Assembly (NCBI GenBank): GCA_963664825.1
Contig: OY761614.1
Location: 3,410,697-3,474,696 of the forward strand
Origin: an uncultured Holophaga sp.
GTDB lineage: Bacteria > Acidobacteriota > Holophagae > Holophagales > Holophagaceae
Reading direction: 5' to 3'
Length of the DNA: 64,000 nt
Of this stretch, positions 60,644-64,000 are shown piece after piece. The notes beneath the pieces are model-generated. The model ran no database searches. It saw only the letters and a list, made by a program, of their open reading frames with translations, and had not been told where the DNA came from. The translations under genes were made by a program, and so were the position numbers. Each line of letters begins with the position of its first letter. The stretch's first letter is position 1.

Positions 60644-61000
60644 ATGTATGGACTACCTAAGGATTTGGATCTGTCGGTTTTTATCAATAAGGAAATTGAA
60701 GAAATAACATTCACTGTTAATACGATCGTGTTTTGTTTCGGCATTGGGCTCTCTATTACCACAGAATCAATTGTGGAATTCTTCTATCTGAAAGATGGAT
60801 CTTGCTGTTGTGTCGAGCCACCTGTTGAATCATCGAACCTGATGATGTTGTTGGGGAAAAAGATAGTTAATGCTATCGCCAACCCTAACGGGAAGTTGGA
60901 GCTTGCATTTGATGATGGAATGAAGCTTGGATTTTTAGATGATAGTTCTCAATACGAATCGTATCGAATCAATATTGACGGAAAAGAAATTGTTGTTTAA
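60644..61000 (+). CDS. DUF6188-like putative immunity protein, copy 1
   Basis: MYGLP...LLGKKI...LELAFDDG...DDSSQYESY; follows a toxin tip. Confidence 0.75.
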   Translation: MYGLPKDLDLSVFINKEIEEITFTVNTIVFCFGIGLSITTESIVEFFYLKDGSCCCVEPPVESSNLMMLLGKKIVNAIANPNGKLELAFDDGMKLGFLDDSSQYESYRINIDGKEIVV

Positions 61001-61003
61001 CTG

Positions 61004-61486
61004 TTGTCGCAAACAAAAAAAGACACCTATCAAAGCAAATCTGGTGAGGTTGTTGAACGCGCTCTGAAAGGCGACTTTAAGGGTGCATTCAAGAGTCTGA
61101 TGCAGGCTTGGGGATTGGCGGTCAAAGATCCCGAATGGGTCGCAACTGCGGTTGTCGCGACTGCGGCACCATTTGTTGCCGGAGAAGGCGCTGCTGCAAG
61201 AGGTGCTGCTGAAGCCGGGGGTGCCGAATCAAGCCTGACCCCGAAAGGGGCACCAAAGCCGTCGCCGAAATTCCAGGCTCCGACGAATCCTGCGCAATTG
61301 CCCCCTGAAACGGTTCCGCAGGGTTGGCGCGTTAGGGTAATGCCCGCAACAGAACAATATCCCAACGGCTACTGGAAGCTTGAGAAGCCTATGTCCAATG
61401 GGAGTTGGCAGCCGATTGATCCATCGACAATGAAGCCTGGGGGTCGCCCTCAAACCCATGTCCCATTGCCGGGAGCGGAGGATTGA
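61004..61486 (+). pseudogene. Orphan Rhs C-terminal toxin fragment
   Basis: TTG start with no clear RBS; Ala/Gly-rich helices, then PTNPAQLPP...YPNGYW...THVP. Confidence 0.7.
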
Positions 61487-61859
61487 ACCATGTATGGACT
61501 ACCTAAGGATTTGGATCTGTCGGTTTTTATCAATAAGGAAATTGAAGAAATAACATTCACTGTTAATACGATCGTGTTTTGTTTCGGCATTGGGCTCTCT
61601 ATTACCACAGAATCAATTGTGGAATTCTTCTATCTGAAAGATGGATCTTGCTGTTGTGTCGAGCCACCTGTTGAATCATCGAACCTGATGATGTTGTTGG
61701 GGAAAAAGATAGTTAATGCTATCGCCAACCCTAACTGGAAGTTGGAGCTTGCATTTGATGATGGAATGAAGCTTGGATTTTTAGATGATAGTTCTCAATA
61801 CGAATCGTATCGAATCAATATTGACGGAAAAGAAATTGTTGTTTAACTGTTGTCGCAAA
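61333..61859 (+). repeat. 527-bp direct repeat, copy 2
   Basis: Offset 846 bp from copy 1. Confidence 0.95.
61490..61846 (+). CDS. DUF6188-like putative immunity protein, copy 2 (G->W)
   Basis: Identical to 60644-61000 except NPNGK vs NPNWK. Confidence 0.75.
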   Translation: MYGLPKDLDLSVFINKEIEEITFTVNTIVFCFGIGLSITTESIVEFFYLKDGSCCCVEPPVESSNLMMLLGKKIVNAIANPNWKLELAFDDGMKLGFLDDSSQYESYRINIDGKEIVV

Positions 61860-62179
61860 TAGTAAATGTTACAGAAATGACGAGAGCATTAGATAGTGGT
61901 CCAGCAAGAACACTGGCCACGGAGAGGGGTTTTCATTCTGGAACAATTATTTATGATGGCAAATCATATAACTTGGTAGAGGTTGAAAGAAAAGATGGTA
62001 ATGCTGTCGCCCAGAATCGCTCCTTCAAATCAATGGATGAAGCGGTCAAAGCATTCGGACATGGTCCTGAATCTGGGAAGGATTTCGCGGTAACTATTAA
62101 ATCTACTGTTCAAATCAAGTTGGTTGTCCCTGTTGACAAAGTTGCAGAAAATCTAGTCAACAAATGGAACGCAAAATGA
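61850..62179 (+). pseudogene. Second orphan toxin-tip-like fragment
   Basis: AT-rich ORF fused at the same CTGTTGTCGCAAA junction; ends in an ATGA overlap. Confidence 0.5.
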
Positions 62180-62293
62180 ATTGGCTATCCAATGATAGGA
62201 ATGTATCCAGGAAAGGGTGAAGGCAACTGCCATTCATTTACGCACTATACTGCGGAGGTACTGCGAATTCCTCATCCAGAGAAAGCAACCCGT

Positions 62294-62816
62294 TTTCCCT
62301 AGCCAAAACCTCATCGTAGGGGTGAAGGGCCGCTGCGAAGGCACCGAAGTCCATCGGTTGCGGCCCATCTGAAGGCCCCACTCTGAAGGTTTTTGGCTTT
62401 CATGGCGGGGCACCGCCTGAACTTCAGCTTCTGAGCATTCTCCGGGCAGGCTCACGCCTGCCCGATCCATGTCGGGCCAGCAGGACCCTTCGCAGCTTCA
62501 GGCGGTCATCCTCCACTCGTACCTGTGGTGCAGTCCGCCGCATCGAGGCAGGGCCACCACGTTGGTCGGTCCTTTTGGGGTAGGGCTGGCGCGGCCTGGA
62601 ACCGGGCTCTCCTTGCCCAATGCAAGGTGAGTCCGATCCTTGTGGTAATAGCTGAGGTAGCCCTTCAGAAGCCGCATCAGGTGTTGCTCGTCCAGCACAA
62701 TGACATGGTCGAGCAGCTCACGCCTCAGGGTTCCGATGAAACGCTCGCAGACGCCGTTCTGCCATGGGCTTCGGAAGCTGGTCTGCTTGGGGATGATGCC
62801 CAGAGACTGGATGAAC
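62294..62816 (-). mobile_element. 3' part of an integrase-core (rve) transposase element, interrupted by IS66
   Basis: Minus frame ending at 62498: FIQSLGIIPKQTSFRSPWQNGVCERFIGTLRRELLDHV...YYH..RTHLAL..GGLHHRY; element end approximate. Confidence 0.85.
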
Positions 62817-62972
62817 GTATCGATTCACCCCCCTTGTCCCTGTGACCACGTAAGCCGGTGGCAGGCAGCCATGATGGGCTGGTGATGTCCCGCTTGCCCT
62901 GGCAGCCTCAGGCTGGTTCCAGTGCCGGTAGGGGCTGGTTGGATCGGGCGGAGTGGAGGGCCCTGAGCAGCC
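62817..62972 (-). mobile_element. IS66 copy 2, terminal 156 bp (same orientation as copy 1), interrupted by copy 3
   Basis: Identical to 50525-50680. Confidence 0.92.
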
Positions 62973-64000
62973 GTATCGATTCACCCCCCCCCCATGCAGG
63001 CTCAACTCGTGATTGAGGATAAAATCACCGCAAGTGAATAATTCGCTTGTACTTTGGTCTCAAACCAGTCAGATTCTGAAGGATGGAGCTTGATCCTGTT
63101 CTGACTGATCCGCGTTATCTGGCCCTGGCTGCCGAGAACGGGGAACTGCGTGCGGAAATGGTCTGCCTGCGGGAGGCGATGGAACGCCTGGAAAAATTGC
63201 TGGAGTCGCTCCAGGATCGCCTCGGGAAGGACAGTCGCAACAGCAGCAAGCCCCCCAGTTCGGACGGACCCGCGGCGCCACCCAAGCCACCGGCGCCGCC
63301 CACGGGGCGCAAGCGCGGCGGCCAACCGGGACGGAAGGGATCCGCTCGGGTGATGCTGCCGGAAGGCAGCGAGGACCGTACGGTTTCGGTGCCCCTCGCC
63401 TGTTGCCCCCACTGCCGAGGCGAGGTTCCTTCAGGGGCCATCACCGGGACGCGCCTGCACCGGGTGGTGGATCTGGCTCAGCGCCTCACAGAAGTCATCG
63501 CCTACGCGCTGGAGGAGGGGATCTGCCCGCACTGCCAGAGGAAGGTGCAGGCGCCGCTTCCCCCAGAGGCTGCGCCGGGCGGGATCGGCCCGCGCCTTCA
63601 GGCTGCGGCGGCCTATCTGCGCACAGAGGGCCGCATGAGCCTGACGCCGCTCCAGCGTTTCCTCTCGGAGGTGACGGGCGTAGCGGTCTCACGCGGTTGG
63701 CTGCACGAGAGCGGTGTGGCGCTGGGGAGCCACCTACTCCCCGCCTGGGAGGACCTCTCCCAGCAGATCCGTACGGCGGATGTGCTCAACCTCGACGAGA
63801 CCGGCTTCGGCCGGAAGGACCGGGACTGGATCTGGGTGGCCCTTTCCGCCCGTACGGCCCTCTTCCACTTCAGTGACACCCGTGGGGCGAGGGCCCTAAA
63901 GGCGATACTTCCCGAGGACTTCCAAGGCGTGATTGGCACGGACCGCTACGGCGCCTACAACGCCTTAAAATCTGCCGTTCGCCAGTTCTGCTGGGCCCAT
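62973..64000 (+). mobile_element. IS66 copy 3 (opposite orientation), runs off the window
   Basis: IR GTATCGATTCACCCC at 62973; reverse complement of copy 1. Confidence 0.95.
63083..64000 (+). CDS. IS66 transposase, partial at window edge
   Basis: MELDPVLTDPRYLALAAENG..., same as copy 1. Confidence 0.95.
   Translation, partial: MELDPVLTDPRYLALAAENGELRAEMVCLREAMERLEKLLESLQDRLGKDSRNSSKPPSSDGPAAPPKPPAPPTGRKRGGQPGRKGSARVMLPEGSEDRTVSVPLACCPHCRGEVPSGAITGTRLHRVVDLAQRLTEVIAYALEEGICPHCQRKVQAPLPPEAAPGGIGPRLQAAAAYLRTEGRMSLTPLQRFLSEVTGVAVSRGWLHESGVALGSHLLPAWEDLSQQIRTADVLNLDETGFGRKDRDWIWVALSARTALFHFSDTRGARALKAILPEDFQGVIGTDRYGAYNALKSAVRQFCWAH

Larger units (their letters stand above)
60487..61013 (+). 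repeat. 527-bp direct repeat, copy 1 (toxin-tip end plus immunity gene)
   Basis: Matches 61333-61859; one difference seen (G60890 vs T61736). Confidence 0.95.

Noticed and set aside
59488..62214. 13-bp TGTATCCAGGAAA shared shortly after two toxin stops (59488 and 62202)
   Set aside because: Flanking sequence does not align; too short to support homology or a site.

Overview
GC-rich bacterial chromosome window. Gene content suggests an anaerobic, flagellated organism; a Holophagae (Geothrix/Holophaga-like Acidobacteriota) origin is inferred, not verified. 1-36.6 kb is mostly core: Mo-dependent aldehyde oxidoreductase plus a ModE-like regulator, ppnP, zwf-pgl-gnd, GH63 glycosidase, rubrerythrin and flavin reductase-rubredoxin, a Spy/LytS/LytTR operon, pepQ, S9 peptidase, a type IV pilus/T2SS-like cluster, tRNA-Gly(CCC) and flhA-flhF-flhG-fliA-fliM-fliN/Y. 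36.6-48.7 kb is an oxidoreductase/detoxification island (4 aldo-keto reductases, flavodoxins, AraC, ADH). 48.9-64 kb is accessory: a probable Mu-like prophage left end (repeated ATCCGTC sites, CI-like repressor, Ner-like gene) collapsed by IS66, then a Sec-signal Rhs polymorphic toxin with a ~524-aa PKD/Ig adhesin string spliced into its YD shell, an immunity gene, a structured non-coding element, an orphan toxin-tip/immunity array with a 527-bp duplication, and nested IS elements. Non-coding highlights: a covarying palindromic repeat family (one copy translated as the Pgl C-terminus), a palindromic mini-ORF bridging flhF-flhG by ATGA overlaps, and a candidate terminator-based riboswitch upstream of a DUF2798-like gene.
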